A DNA stretch of 64,000 nucleotides from Thermoleophilia bacterium (GTDB lineage Bacteria; Actinomycetota; Thermoleophilia; RBG-16-64-13), in the NCBI GenBank assembly GCA_040772905.1, contig JAXGXJ010000005.1, positions 70,149 to 134,148 of the forward strand, given 5' to 3'. The notes beneath the pieces were generated by a model. The model ran no database searches. It saw nothing but the letters and a program-made list of their open reading frames with translations, and had not been told where the DNA came from. The translations under genes and the position numbers were made by a program. This document shows, in pieces, positions 17,832 through 27,590 of the stretch (positions are counted from its first letter, which is position 1; the number at the start of each line of letters is the position of its first letter).

Positions 17832-20561
17832 TCAGGCCAGGGCCGCCCCCAGATAGCTAGCCCGCACGCGATCATCCGATCTGAGAGCGTCTGACAGTCC
17901 CGAGACCACGACGTCCCCGGTCTGCAGCACCAACCCGCGATGGGCGAGCGAGAGGGCCATTTCGGCACTCTGCTCCACCATCAACATGGTCAGCCCATCT
18001 TTGTTCAGCTTGGCGAGGGCTTCGAAGATGCGCTCCACGACGAGGGGAGCCAGCCCCATGGAAGGTTCGTCCAGAAGTAGGAGCTCCGGGTGTCCGACCA
18101 GCGCCCGCGCGATAGCGAGCATCTGCTGCTCGCCACCCGAAAGGGTTCCGGCCAGCTGCTTGCGCCGGTCCCCAAGCACAGGGAACAGTTCGTAGACGTA
18201 GGCGATGTCGTCGTTCAGCGTGCCGCGCCAGTCCTTGCGCCCCGCCGTGCCGACGACGAGGTTGTCCTGCACGGAGAGCTCGCGAAACAGCCGGCGGCCT
18301 TCCGGCACCTGGCACAGACCTCGCGCCGCGACCTTGTCGGGGCTCAGCCGGGTGATGTCGACTCCCTTGTAGGAGACATGCCCGCCCTTAGGCCGCAAGA
18401 GTCCGGATATCGTATGCAGCAACGTGGTCTTGCCCGCGCCGTTGGCGCCCAGTACGGCCACCACTTCGCCTTTGGGAACCGCGAAGGAAACCCTGCGCAG
18501 CGCTTGGATCGAGCCGTAGGCCGTCGTCAGTCCTTCGACCACCAACAGGTTCTCGGGCTCCGGACAGGAGACGGAGGTGCGCTCACGCGTCTGACAGAGG
18601 TCGACTCCGCGCTCCCGCTTGACCCCGAGGTAGGCCTGGATCACGTCTTCGTTCTTCTGCACCTCTTCCGGACGCCCCTCGGCGATGAGCCGGCCGTAGT
18701 CGAGCACATAGACCTTCTCTGAGATGCCCATCACCAACTCGATGTCGTGCTCGACTAGGAGCACCGTCACGCCGGAATCGTTGATGTGGCGGATGCGGTG
18801 CACGAGGTCCGCGCGTTCGCTCGCGTTCATGCCGGCGGCCGGCTCGTCGAGCAGCAGCAGTCGCGGGTCGGAGGCGAGTGCCCTGGCGATCTCGGCGAGT
18901 CGCTGGGAACCGTAAGGCAGGCTGGCGGCGGGGAGATGAGCCGCGGTTTCCAGCCCAACGACCGACAGGGCCCGCATGGCCCGTTCTTGTGACCGTTTCT
19001 CTTCTTTGCGTTGATGAGGCAAGCCCAGCCCACCGGCCCAGAGACCTGAACGTTCGTGCCGGTGACACCCCACGAGAACGTTCTCAAGCACCGTCATGTT
19101 TGGATAGATCCGCAGATTCTGGAAGGTGCGCGCCAAGCCCTGGCGCGCAGTATCGGCCGTGGAGACACCGGTGACATCCTTGCCGGCGAAATGAACAGAG
19201 CCGGCGGAAAGTCTCTGGAGGCGGCTGATAGCGTTGAAGAACGTCGTCTTGCCTGCGCCATTTGGTCCGATGAGAGCTACGATGCCGCCTTCCGGCACCT
19301 GCAGCGATACTTTGTCTACCGCCTTCAGCCCGCCGAACTGAACAGACAGACCTCTGGCCTCCAGGAGAACAGCGCGGGCGGCATCGGCTGAGACGGCGTC
19401 CCGCCGGCGGCGCTCCTGCGAGGTGGCCGGAGCCTCCCTGGCGCTGTCCACCCCTTCCTCTCCCCCAAATGACGCGCCGGCCAGGGCGAGTCCCACGGAC
19501 GTTCCGCACTGGCCGAGCGGTCGATGCTCTTCGGCCGCAACCAGGCATTCCGCCGGCTCCTGTAGCTTTTCCCGCCTGAACATCGCCTTGATAAGGGCAC
19601 GCTGCTCGGGCCGCAGGGCCAGCCCGGCAGGCAAGAAGATCAGCAGCAGAAGCATGATGACCGAGTAGGCGATGCCCGTGTACTGCTGGATGCTGGTGAA
19701 ACCGTTCACCACCCAGGTCATGATGATGGCCCCCACGAGTCCGCCCCACACGGAGCCCCCACCAAGAATCATCATCACAATCGGGAGGATGGCGCTGGCA
19801 AAGGTGAACGAGCCGGGGGTGACCGCCATCGTCACAAAGGCGTATAGACCGCCAGCCAGACCGCATAGGATCGCACTGGTGACAAAGGCGAGCAGTTTCC
19901 AGTTGGCTGTCCGCACACCCAAGGACGAAGAGGCGATCTCGCTGGTGGCTATACCCCGCAGAGCTCGCCCCACCCTGTGCTTCAGCGCCCGCGCGACGAA
20001 GAGCGTGATCAGGATGGCGACCACCCACACAAGGTAATACTGGCGCAGGTTCGTATTGAAGTCGAACCCGAAGAGGTTCAGAGTGGGGGTAGGGGCAAGA
20101 CCCAGTTCGGAACTGGTAATGTCGCGTAGTTGTATGACGAGGACCAGGAAGATCTGCCCGAGCCCGATGGTCGCCAAGGCCAGGTAGAAGTAGCGCAACT
20201 TGAGTACCGGCCGGCCGATGATGAGCGCGATAGTCCCTGGCACCAAGGCACCGATGACCAGAGCCGGTAGGGTGGGTACCGAGACCCTCATGGAAAGGAG
20301 AGCCGCCGTGTAGGCGCCGATCCCGTAGAAGGCCGAGTGAGCGAACGAGAGTTGCCCTGCCTGGCCCAGCACCACGACCACGGCCACTGTGAGTATGGTG
20401 TACAAGCCACCCGTCGTCATGATCCGCATCGCGTAACCACTCTGATAGATGAGCGGCCACACGATCAAGATCGCAAGCAACGACGCCTTGAGAATCGTCC
20501 CCCTCCTGGCCGCCAAGAAGGAGACGGAGCCGGCCTGCGTTTTGGCTTCCGGCGTCTTCAT
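17832..20561 (-). CDS. fused ABC transporter permease-ATPase-ATPase (LivM-LivG-LivF in one reading frame)
   Basis: Within track ORF 17832..20900; start MKTPEAK at 20561 overlaps the livH stop (TGATG). Permease domain ~320 aa, then Walker A GPNGAGKTT / LSGGQ-like / LLLDEP. A second ATPase follows (GANGAGKTT, LSGGEQQ, LLLDEPS). There are no in-frame stops between the domains. Confidence 0.65.
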   Translation of the reverse strand: MKTPEAKTQAGSVSFLAARRGTILKASLLAILIVWPLIYQSGYAMRIMTTGGLYTILTVAVVVVLGQAGQLSFAHSAFYGIGAYTAALLSMRVSVPTLPALVIGALVPGTIALIIGRPVLKLRYFYLALATIGLGQIFLVLVIQLRDITSSELGLAPTPTLNLFGFDFNTNLRQYYLVWVVAILITLFVARALKHRVGRALRGIATSEIASSSLGVRTANWKLLAFVTSAILCGLAGGLYAFVTMAVTPGSFTFASAILPIVMMILGGGSVWGGLVGAIIMTWVVNGFTSIQQYTGIAYSVIMLLLLIFLPAGLALRPEQRALIKAMFRREKLQEPAECLVAAEEHRPLGQCGTSVGLALAGASFGGEEGVDSAREAPATSQERRRRDAVSADAARAVLLEARGLSVQFGGLKAVDKVSLQVPEGGIVALIGPNGAGKTTFFNAISRLQRLSAGSVHFAGKDVTGVSTADTARQGLARTFQNLRIYPNMTVLENVLVGCHRHERSGLWAGGLGLPHQRKEEKRSQERAMRALSVVGLETAAHLPAASLPYGSQRLAEIARALASDPRLLLLDEPAAGMNASERADLVHRIRHINDSGVTVLLVEHDIELVMGISEKVYVLDYGRLIAEGRPEEVQKNEDVIQAYLGVKRERGVDLCQTRERTSVSCPEPENLLVVEGLTTAYGSIQALRRVSFAVPKGEVVAVLGANGAGKTTLLHTISGLLRPKGGHVSYKGVDITRLSPDKVAARGLCQVPEGRRLFRELSVQDNLVVGTAGRKDWRGTLNDDIAYVYELFPVLGDRRKQLAGTLSGGEQQMLAIARALVGHPELLLLDEPSMGLAPLVVERIFEALAKLNKDGLTMLMVEQSAEMALSLAHRGLVLQTGDVVVSGLSDALRSDDRVRASYLGAALA

Positions 20562-21439
20562 CAGGCCTCGCCTTCTGCAGAGGGGACGCCCAATAGACCG
20601 CCGGGCCGAAAGTAAAGGACCAATATGAGGATTGCGTAGGCCACCGCATCCTGATAACCGGCCGGGAGCACCCCGGTGACGAGCGACGCGACTATCCCGA
20701 GGGCCAGCCCGCCGACCACCGCACCTGTGCTGGAACCCCAGCCTCCGAGGATGGCGGCGACGAACCCTCCGAGCCCGTAGATGCCTCCAGACAGGTAGTT
20801 GATGGAATTGATCGGCGATACGGCGATACCCCCGAGTGCCCCGATCGCCGCCGAGATCGCGAAAGCGAGGAGGATCATCCTGCCTGTGTTGACCCCACAC
20901 AGACTGGCCGCCGCAGGGTCGTTCGCCGTCGCGGTCATCTTCTTGCCGACCCGGGTGCGACTCGTCAGGATGTACAGGCCGATCAGCACCGCGATCATGA
21001 GACCGATCACCCAGAGACTCTGCGGAAAGACCGCTACTTTGCCGACGAAGATCGCGTTGTTCCCGGTGAACGCCGGTACGCTCTTGCCGTATCCGCCCCA
21101 GCGTACGAGCGCGAAGTTCTCGAAGAGGATGCTCAGGGCCATGGTCGCCAGGATGATCGACACCAGAGAGACGTTGACGAGCGGCCGGAGCACAACCAGG
21201 TACACGAGGGCAGAGACGATCACGACACCCACGATGGATCCCACGGCGGCCAGCCAGTAGGGTAGCCCGAGCTCAGAGAGAAATGAGTACGCGAAGAAGC
21301 CACCGAACATCACGAAAGCGCCCTGCGCCATGTTGACGATGCGTGAAGTGCGGTATATCGTGACGTACCCCAGAGCGATGAGCGAGTAGATACTGCCGAC
21401 CGTGATCCCGGTCACAAGCAACTGGATCCACCTGGCCAC
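20561..21439 (-). CDS. livH: branched-chain amino acid ABC transporter permease
   Basis: 292 aa with multiple TM helices and LivH family pattern. Confidence 0.85.
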   Translation of the reverse strand: MARWIQLLVTGITVGSIYSLIALGYVTIYRTSRIVNMAQGAFVMFGGFFAYSFLSELGLPYWLAAVGSIVGVVIVSALVYLVVLRPLVNVSLVSIILATMALSILFENFALVRWGGYGKSVPAFTGNNAIFVGKVAVFPQSLWVIGLMIAVLIGLYILTSRTRVGKKMTATANDPAAASLCGVNTGRMILLAFAISAAIGALGGIAVSPINSINYLSGGIYGLGGFVAAILGGWGSSTGAVVGGLALGIVASLVTGVLPAGYQDAVAYAILILVLYFRPGGLLGVPSAEGEA

Positions 21440-22145
21440 GCGCTTCCCCCCTATCCACCTTCACGACGTCTGCTGCCGGCATGGTTCTGCCACGTTTGGC
21501 TGCTCAAGCTCTGCCAGATAACCGTAGATACCTTCAGTCGAAGATCGAGAAGAATGCGTCAACTCAAGTCCCTGCAGCAGCATCGTAGGTTTCATTTGCG
21601 ACGATTCCGAATCCGTCTCGTCGGGGTGTGGCGGCTCGCTCGACGGCGACACAGTCGCAGAACCGGAGAAGGGCGTTGAGGGCTCGGACACAGGAAGGAC
21701 TGTCTCGGCACAACATGCTTGCCCAGATTCCTGTCGCCAACCGAGATGACATGCTCGTGCACGGCACTCTAGATCTCCCCCTCGTCCGGTGTGCCCCTTC
21801 GGGGCCTGGACGGACCACCACACACTACAAGACCCAACGTTCTCTGTCAATAACTCGGGTTCCAGATTCTTTTCGTCAAGTTCCCGCATGCAAAGCACCA
21901 AGATGGCGGCGCTCCAGGCCCTGGTCGAGTGTGAGGTCCAAGGCACGACAAAGGCGCCCGCAGGGACTCTGGTGGGTCTGCGACCGCCGCAATCTCGCCG
22001 ATCTTCCCCGTACCTGAGGGCATGCAAAGGGTCGGTGCACCCGTTCGGGCGTACCCCCTTCGTTACTCTGCAAGGCAGGTTGGACTTGCCCCAAAATGGC
22101 GGACAGCCCGGATGAGAAGATTGTCTTCTCACGAAGGAGGTTCAC

Positions 22146-22430
22146 ATGCGGGTGAGACGATCGTTTACCCCCGAGTTCAAGGCCGAGGTGGTGGCGCTCG
22201 CCAGACGGGGCGACCGCAGCATCGCTCAGATCTCTCAGGATATGGATCTGGTGGAATCGGTCATCAGGCGCTGGGTGGCGCAGGCAGAAGTAGATGAGGG
22301 CAGACGCCCAGGCACGACCAGTGTCGAGCACGACGAGATCATGGCTCTGCGCAAGCGGGTGCGCGTGCTCGAAGAGGAGCGCGAGATCCTGAAGAAGGCC
22401 GCCCGTTTCTTCGCGACGGAGACCCGGTGA
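22146..22430 (+). CDS. IS3-family transposase OrfA (HTH)
   Basis: 94 aa (RSFTPEFKAEVVALARRGDRSIAQISQDMDLVESVIRRW...ILKKAARFFA), typical IS3 OrfA. Confidence 0.85.
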   Translation: MRVRRSFTPEFKAEVVALARRGDRSIAQISQDMDLVESVIRRWVAQAEVDEGRRPGTTSVEHDEIMALRKRVRVLEEEREILKKAARFFATETR

Positions 22431-23308
22431 GCCGGTATCGGTTCATCGAGGCGGAGAAACAGATGCACCCGGTCAATCTGCTGTGTCGAGTGCTTGAGGT
22501 CTCCCGTGCCGCCTACTACCGCTGGAAGGCCTGTCCGGTCTCACCCCGGGCCGCCGCCAATCTGGTGCTCCTTGACCACATCAAGCGGGCCCACACCGAC
22601 TCGAACGGCACCTACGGCTCGCCTCGCATCCACGCCGAGCTTCAAGACCAAGGGGTGAGGGCCGGCCGCGGTCGTATCGCCCGCCTCATGGCCTCCGCAG
22701 ACATCGTCGGTCGCCGAGGCCGCCGGCGCGTGCGTACCACCATCGCGGCCAAGCGCCCGGCACCATTCGCCGATCTGGTCAGGCGCCGTTTCTACGCCGA
22801 TCATCCCAACGAGATCTGGTGCGGCGACCTCACCTACGTGCACACCCACCAAGGGTTCCTCTACCTGGCCTCGGTCATCGACGTCTATAGCCGCCGGGTG
22901 ATCGGGTGGGCTATCGCCACTCACATGCGGGCCGAGTTGGTCTGTGATGCCCTGCGCATGGCTATAGCCAACCGTCGCGGGCAGGTGCGTGGAGTGGTAT
23001 TCCATTCGGATCGTGGCGCGCAGTATGGAGCCAAGAGCTTCATGGACTTGGCCGACCGGGCAGGAATTCGTCAGTCCATGGGGCGCGTAGCTGATTGCTT
23101 TGACAACTCTCTCGCGGAGTCGTTCTTCGCCACACTCAAGGGCGAGTTGCTCTACAGGCGCTCGTGGCCGACACGGGGGGAAACCAGAAGTGCACTCGTT
23201 CACTGGATCGAGGCCGTCTACAACCGTCGGCGTCGACACAGCTCCATCGGCATGCTCGCTCCCGTGGTCTATGAGGAGCGACATCAGGTACAGTGCCATG
23301 CAGCCTAA
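22427..23308 (+). CDS. IS3-family transposase OrfB (DDE integrase core)
   Basis: 293 aa with rve core (WCGDLTYV...HSDRGAQY...DNSLAESFF). GTG start overlaps the orfA stop; no clear A6G slippery site was seen. Confidence 0.85.
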   Translation: MSRYRFIEAEKQMHPVNLLCRVLEVSRAAYYRWKACPVSPRAAANLVLLDHIKRAHTDSNGTYGSPRIHAELQDQGVRAGRGRIARLMASADIVGRRGRRRVRTTIAAKRPAPFADLVRRRFYADHPNEIWCGDLTYVHTHQGFLYLASVIDVYSRRVIGWAIATHMRAELVCDALRMAIANRRGQVRGVVFHSDRGAQYGAKSFMDLADRAGIRQSMGRVADCFDNSLAESFFATLKGELLYRRSWPTRGETRSALVHWIEAVYNRRRRHSSIGMLAPVVYEERHQVQCHAA

Positions 23309-23593
23309 CAATGCTGTCTGTCAAAACGGGGCAAGCCCAGTGCAAGTCTGGTTGGTGTTCGAAGACACCGAGAGTCAACAACCGGCCTACAGTCTCACGG
23401 TCATGATCGAGGCAGGTGCGGCAACCGTAACGGGCATCGACCCGGGGTTGGTCGCGGGCCCGCAGGGTGGGTGACAGCCCATAGGGCGCGCGGGCATGCG
23501 GGCAAGCGGATGTCAAGTTCCGGTACCCGTGTTACACCCTGGCTCCGGTACCTTTGTTACAGTGAATTCGGCCCGGGCGCGAAGTGTCGCTTT

Positions 23594-24226
23594 TCATGAG
23601 GCCTTCTGCTTTCTGGGCCGGCCCCCGGGATTGGCGAAGGCTCCGTGTTCCTTCTGCGGGTCATGCCGGGCGGCGTGCGTGCGGATGAGCTTGCCGCCGA
23701 AACGGATCTGGACCGTGTCCCCGACGAGCGAGACCTCCACCTCCTTGCGGATGTGCCCGTTGCCCACCCGGTAGGCGGTACCTGCGAAGCTGATGTCGCC
23801 GTGCAGATCGACCTTGCGCATCACCGGGATCCCCACTGCTCGGGCCTGGGCCTTTCTCGGCAGGGGCCTTCTCTGCCAGGAGGCAGGTTCGGCTTCGATG
23901 GGGTGCCGGCGGGCGTGGGTGGCGACCAGCACGCCCCGGTGAAAGACCTGGACCAGGCGGTCGTCGATCTCCACATCGACGGTCTCCCCCGCCAAGAAAC
24001 GACCCACGTGATAGTTGAAGGTGGCCAGGCTGATCTTCCCGTCCCCTCCCACTGACCGGGTGATCCGCCTCACGTCTGACGCTGTGCTCTCGGCCTCACC
24101 GGCCGGGTCCGGAGGACCAGGGATGACCACATCGGTCGCCTCGGCTTGAGCTAGAGCGAAGCGCACCTTCGGCGGCACCATGCCGATGCCCTGATGGGGC
24201 CGTTCCTGGTTATAGGAGCCCACCCA
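23594..24226 (-). pseudogene. IS481-family transposase, C-terminal fragment (separated from N-terminal part by nested IS)
   Basis: Begins W-VGSYNQERPHQGIG (integrase-core C-terminal motif) and continues ~200 aa. Joins in frame to ...AQAELDAW at 26251 once the nested element and one CCAGG copy are removed. Confidence 0.7.
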
Positions 24227-24228
24227 GG

Positions 24229-26250
24229 CCGGCGTTCCGCAGCTACTCCCCTTCCTAGACCACGTCTGACGGCGCTTGCACCAGAAAGTGCCCGCATATA
24301 GCGTTTTGTCCTCTTCGCAGGAGGTCGAAAACTGGTCAGAAACGCGATTTCACCTAGGCACACGTTTCATGCAAGAGTTCTTGCTTGCAAATGGTCTGGT
24401 GTGAAATACTCTAGGCATGTACCTACGCACCACCAGCCAGACCCGCAAGGACGGCACCGTCGTCCGCTACCTGCAACTGGCGCACAACGTGTGGAACGCC
24501 GAGAAAGGGCGGGCGGAGGCGACTGTCCTTTACAACTTCGGCCGGGAGGATCCCCAGAGCCGAGACACGCTTGAGCGTCTGGTCCGCTCCATCGGTCGGT
24601 ATCTGCACCCGGGAGAGTCGGAGATGGGTGAGCCGGCGCTTCCCGACTTCACCTTCACCGAGTCCCGGCCCCTGGGCGGGGCGTATGTCCTTGACGCCCT
24701 CTGGCAGGCCCTCGGGATCGGCGAGACCGTCACTCGGCTTCTGGCCAAGCGCCACCGGGACCGCCGGGCGGAGCGCTCACTCTTTGCCCTCGTGGCCAAC
24801 CGGGCTCTCTGCCCGTCTTCCAAGCTGGCCGCGTCAGAGTGGGTGGAGAGAGACGCGGAGATCCCCGGACTGCCTGAGATCTCCGACGACGCCCTCTACC
24901 GCTCCATGGACTTCCTTCTGGATATCGCCCCAGCTCTGGAGGAAGCGGTCTTTCACCAGGTGGCCAACCTGCTCAACCTGGAGGTCGATCTTCTCTTCTT
25001 CGACACCACCTCCACCTACTTCTGCATAGATGAGGCCGACGAAGCGGTCAAGAGAGACGGACGGGGGCGGCCGGTCCCCAGCGACGGTGACGACACGCCG
25101 GCCGCCGCCACCACCGGGTTCCGTACCTACGGCAAGAGCAAGGACCACCGAGACGACCTGCCGCAGATCGTGGTGGGACTCGCGGTCACGAGAGAGGGCA
25201 TCCCGGTGCGCGTGTGGTCCTGGCCGGGCAACACCTCAGACAGTGCTCTCATCCGCCAGGTGAAAGCCGATCTAAGGGAGTGGACCCTCTCCCGGGTCAT
25301 CTGGGTGGCCGACCGGGGGTTCACCTCCCGGGAGAACCGCCGCTACCTCCGGCGCGGGGACGACCACTACATCATGGGGGAGAAGCTGCGGTCGGCTTCC
25401 AAGGAAGCCCAAGCCGCCCTTTCCCGGGCGGGCCGTTACAAGGAAGTGACCGGCAACCTCAAGGTGAAAGAAGTGAAACTGGCGGAAGACGAGCGCTTTA
25501 TCATCTGTGCGAATCCCGAGGCGGCGGAGCGCGACGCGGCTGTGCGAGCCCGCCTGGTCTCCCACCTCACCGAGATCATCAAGGACTCCGACCGTCTCCC
25601 GGCCCTGAAGCGGGCGGAACTGAAAGGGGTTATCTCCACTAAGCCGGGGCTCTCCCGGTTCCTGCGCACAACGGCCGGCGGGCTTCTGCGCATCGACGCG
25701 GAAGCCATCGCCGCCGATGAGAAGCTGGACGGCAAGTATCTTTTGCGCTCCAGCGACCCCTCCCTCTCCCCCGAGGACATCGCCCTCGGCTACAAGCAGC
25801 TTTCCGAAGTGGAGCGGGGCTGGCGGGACCTCAAGCATGTACTTGATCTTCGCCCCGTCTATCACCGCAAAGAAGAGCGCATCCGGGCCCATGTCGTCCT
25901 CTGCTGGCTGGCTCTGCTCCTGGTGCGCGTCGCCGAGACCAAGACTGGTGAGAACTGGCCTGCCCTGCGTCGCGAACTCGAGCGCCTGCAGGTCGGCACG
26001 TTCGAAGGACCCACGGGATTCTTTCGGAAAAGAACGGCTCTCACGGCCGCCCAGAAGACCATCTTCCGCAAGCTCCAAATCCCGGAACCTGCGGAAATGC
26101 AGGCGATTCGGCCAAGAGCCAAGGCTTCCTAGCCCCTTTTCGGGCCTCAAATCCCATAGGCACACGGCGCCTTCGCGCCAGAACACGGCTTTCCGCTGCT
26201 AAACCGCTACTTTTATCGGCCTATGGGTGAGAGCTGCTGCGGAACGCCGG
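24229..26250 (+). mobile_element. IS1634-family (IS4-like) insertion sequence, 2022 bp, nested in the IS481-like transposase gene
   Basis: 20-bp inverted repeats CCGGCGTTCCGCAGCTACTC (24229-24248) and the reverse complement of CCGGCGTTCCGCAGCAGCTC (26231-26250). Flanked by a 5-bp direct repeat CCAGG (24224-24228 and 26251-26255). Confidence 0.8.
24417..26132 (+). CDS. IS1634-family transposase
   Basis: 571 aa; N-terminus MYLRTTSQTRKDGTVVRYLQLAHNVWNAEKG is characteristic of IS1634-group transposases. Intact ORF. Confidence 0.8.
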   Translation: MYLRTTSQTRKDGTVVRYLQLAHNVWNAEKGRAEATVLYNFGREDPQSRDTLERLVRSIGRYLHPGESEMGEPALPDFTFTESRPLGGAYVLDALWQALGIGETVTRLLAKRHRDRRAERSLFALVANRALCPSSKLAASEWVERDAEIPGLPEISDDALYRSMDFLLDIAPALEEAVFHQVANLLNLEVDLLFFDTTSTYFCIDEADEAVKRDGRGRPVPSDGDDTPAAATTGFRTYGKSKDHRDDLPQIVVGLAVTREGIPVRVWSWPGNTSDSALIRQVKADLREWTLSRVIWVADRGFTSRENRRYLRRGDDHYIMGEKLRSASKEAQAALSRAGRYKEVTGNLKVKEVKLAEDERFIICANPEAAERDAAVRARLVSHLTEIIKDSDRLPALKRAELKGVISTKPGLSRFLRTTAGGLLRIDAEAIAADEKLDGKYLLRSSDPSLSPEDIALGYKQLSEVERGWRDLKHVLDLRPVYHRKEERIRAHVVLCWLALLLVRVAETKTGENWPALRRELERLQVGTFEGPTGFFRKRTALTAAQKTIFRKLQIPEPAEMQAIRPRAKAS

Positions 26251-27084
26251 CCAGGCATCCAGTTCGGCCTGGGCTTCCTCGAGCGAGGCAAAGACACGTT
26301 CGGCCAGGAACTCGCGTCTGAGCGTCTTGTGGAAGCGCTCCACCTTGCCGGTGGTTGTCGGTGAGTGGGGAGCGGTGAGCAGGTGCTTTATGCCGTTCTC
26401 CCGGCAGATACGGTCAAAGAGCACTTCCCCTGTGCCTGGGCCGAACCGGTTCGTGAACACCTTGCCGTTGTCGGTGAGGATCTGATCGGGCACCCCGTGG
26501 GTGCGCAGAGCCAGGGCCAGGGCTTCGCATACCGGTCGAGCAGTGGCCCGAAAGACAAGGAGAGCCGAGACGCAGAAGCGGGAGTGATCGTCCAGGCCGG
26601 TGACGATCTTGAGCTCCCGGTCTCCTTCCAGCTTCACCCCACCCATGATGTCCATCTGCCAAAGCTCCATAGAGCGGCTCCTTTCCCAGCGACGATACTC
26701 CTCGCGCTTGCGACGCCTCTTCTGCGGATCGACCAGACCGTGACGGACGAGACAGCGATAGATGGAAGAGCGCCCGGGGAGAGGATCGACCCCTTCGCGG
26801 GCCAGGTGGTGACGGATGGTCCGCGGACCCCAGAGAGGATGCGAACGCCGGAGGTCCACGATCCGAGCCTCGACCGCAGGCGGCATCTGATGGGGACAGC
26901 TGTCCGGCCGGGAAGGATGGTCGACGAGACCGCCCAGGCCTTGGCGGGCATAGCTCTTCAGCCAGCGGTGCACGGTCTGGCGGGTCACGCCATACCTGAG
27001 AGCGACGTCGGTGACGGTCGCTCCGCCTAAGACCTCGAGCACTGCTTTGTGTCGTTGTTCCACCAGTCCCAGCCTGACGAGCAT
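26251..27084 (-). pseudogene. IS481-family transposase, N-terminal fragment (HTH plus DDE core), truncated by the nested IS
   Basis: ATG at 27084 after GGGGGAGG. HTH (VTDVALRYGVTRQTVHRWLK) and rve core (WQMDIMG...LTDNGKVF). The frame runs into the IS1634 IR and stops at 26221. Confidence 0.7.
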
Positions 27085-27158
27085 GGCGTCGACCTCCCCC
27101 GATAAGAGCCATTTCTGACCGTATCGGAAGGATTGGGACCGGAGGCCAAGACGGGGGA

Positions 27159-27261
27159 AAGTGTCACATAGGTACCGGAGCCAGTGTCGCCCAGGTACCG
27201 GAGCCGCGTCCCAGAGTGTCACATAGCTACCGGAGCCAATGTGTCAACTATGTACCGGGAC
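27159..27261. repeat. four tandem ~23-bp subterminal repeats at the right end of the IS481-like element
   Basis: AGTGTCACATAGGTACCGGAGCC, AGTGTCGCCCAGGTACCGGAGCC, AGTGTCACATAGCTACCGGAGCC and ATGTGTCAACTATGTACCGGGACC, read directly from the sequence. Confidence 0.7.
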
Positions 27262-27323
27262 CGCACAAACGGTGCGTTGGCAGCCCGTTGGATTTGGCCC
27301 GATTTGGGCCAGTGCTGGCGCGG

Positions 27324-27361
27324 CTTCCCAAAAGTAAAGCCCTGCAGATTTGCAGGGCTTT
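27324..27361 (-). terminator. rho-independent terminator downstream of the displaced tRNA 3' fragment (original tRNA-fMet terminator)
   Basis: On the minus strand: AAAGCCCTGCA-aatc-TGCAGGGCTTT followed by TACTTTTGGG. Confidence 0.6.
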
Positions 27362-27365
27362 AAGA

Positions 27366-27410
27366 TGGTAGCGGGGGCAGGATTTGAACCTGCGACCTTC
27401 GGGTTATGAG
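27366..27410 (-). repeat. 45-bp displaced 3' end of tRNA-fMet, identical to 59480-59524; left attachment-site core of the integrative island
   Basis: TGGTAGCGGGGGCAGGATTTGAACCTGCGACCTTCGGGTTATGAG is identical at both loci. The sequences diverge immediately 3' of it. Confidence 0.8.
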
Positions 27411-27538
27411 GCGCCACGATGGGGCTTCTGCCGGGCTTTCTCTGTTGCTCGACATATGCCTATACCGCGTCGAAAACGGGCTTGCGAGCGTTGAGGCCAG
27501 GCGAGCCGAAACTGAAGGAGACCACTCTCGACGCATTT

Positions 27539-27560
27539 TCGTGGGCAGCCCGTGGGCAAG
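27539..27560 (+). repeat. tandem CGTGGGCAG / CGTGGGCAAG motifs, candidate integrase arm-type sites (left end of island)
   Basis: TCGTGGGCAGCCCGTGGGCAAG lies ~130 bp inside the island from the core. The same motif family recurs at 50549-50573 and 59382-59412, all on the plus strand. Confidence 0.45.
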
Positions 27561-27590
27561 CTGCGGGCGCGAAGCCGGCTCATTTGTAGT

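Larger units (their letters stand above)
22081..23339 (+). mobile_element. IS3-family insertion sequence (1259 bp)
   Basis: Imperfect 27-bp terminal inverted repeats TGGACTTGCCCCAAAATGGCGGACAGC (22081-22107) and GCTGTCTGTCAAAACGGGGCAAGCCCA (23313-23339). The element begins with TG and ends with CA. It carries orfA and orfB. Confidence 0.75.
23512..27265 (-). mobile_element. IS481-like element (about 1.7 kb of its own sequence) carrying a nested IS1634-like insertion
   Basis: Ends are marked by ~23-bp repeats related to AGTGTCACATAGGTACCGGAGCC, with two copies at 23518-23563 (inverted) and four tandem copies at 27159-27261. The transposase is split into 26251-27084 and 23594-24226. Boundaries are approximate. 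Confidence 0.6.

Noticed and set aside
2882-21868. Shared 16-mer AATAACTCGG(A/G)TTCCA at 2882-2897 and 21853-21868 as a possible common operator
   Set aside because: A 15/16 match between any two positions in a 64-kb window is expected by chance several times, so it is not significant on its own.
21461-22132. 223-aa ORF between livH and the IS3 element
   Set aside because: Low-complexity sequence with no motif. The region is probably the promoter/leader of the liv operon plus IS-flanking DNA.
22420-22435. Programmed -1 frameshift site for the IS3 orfA-orfB fusion
   Set aside because: No A6G-type slippery heptamer is visible near the orfA end. orfB has its own GTG overlapping the orfA stop, so the coupling mechanism is left open.
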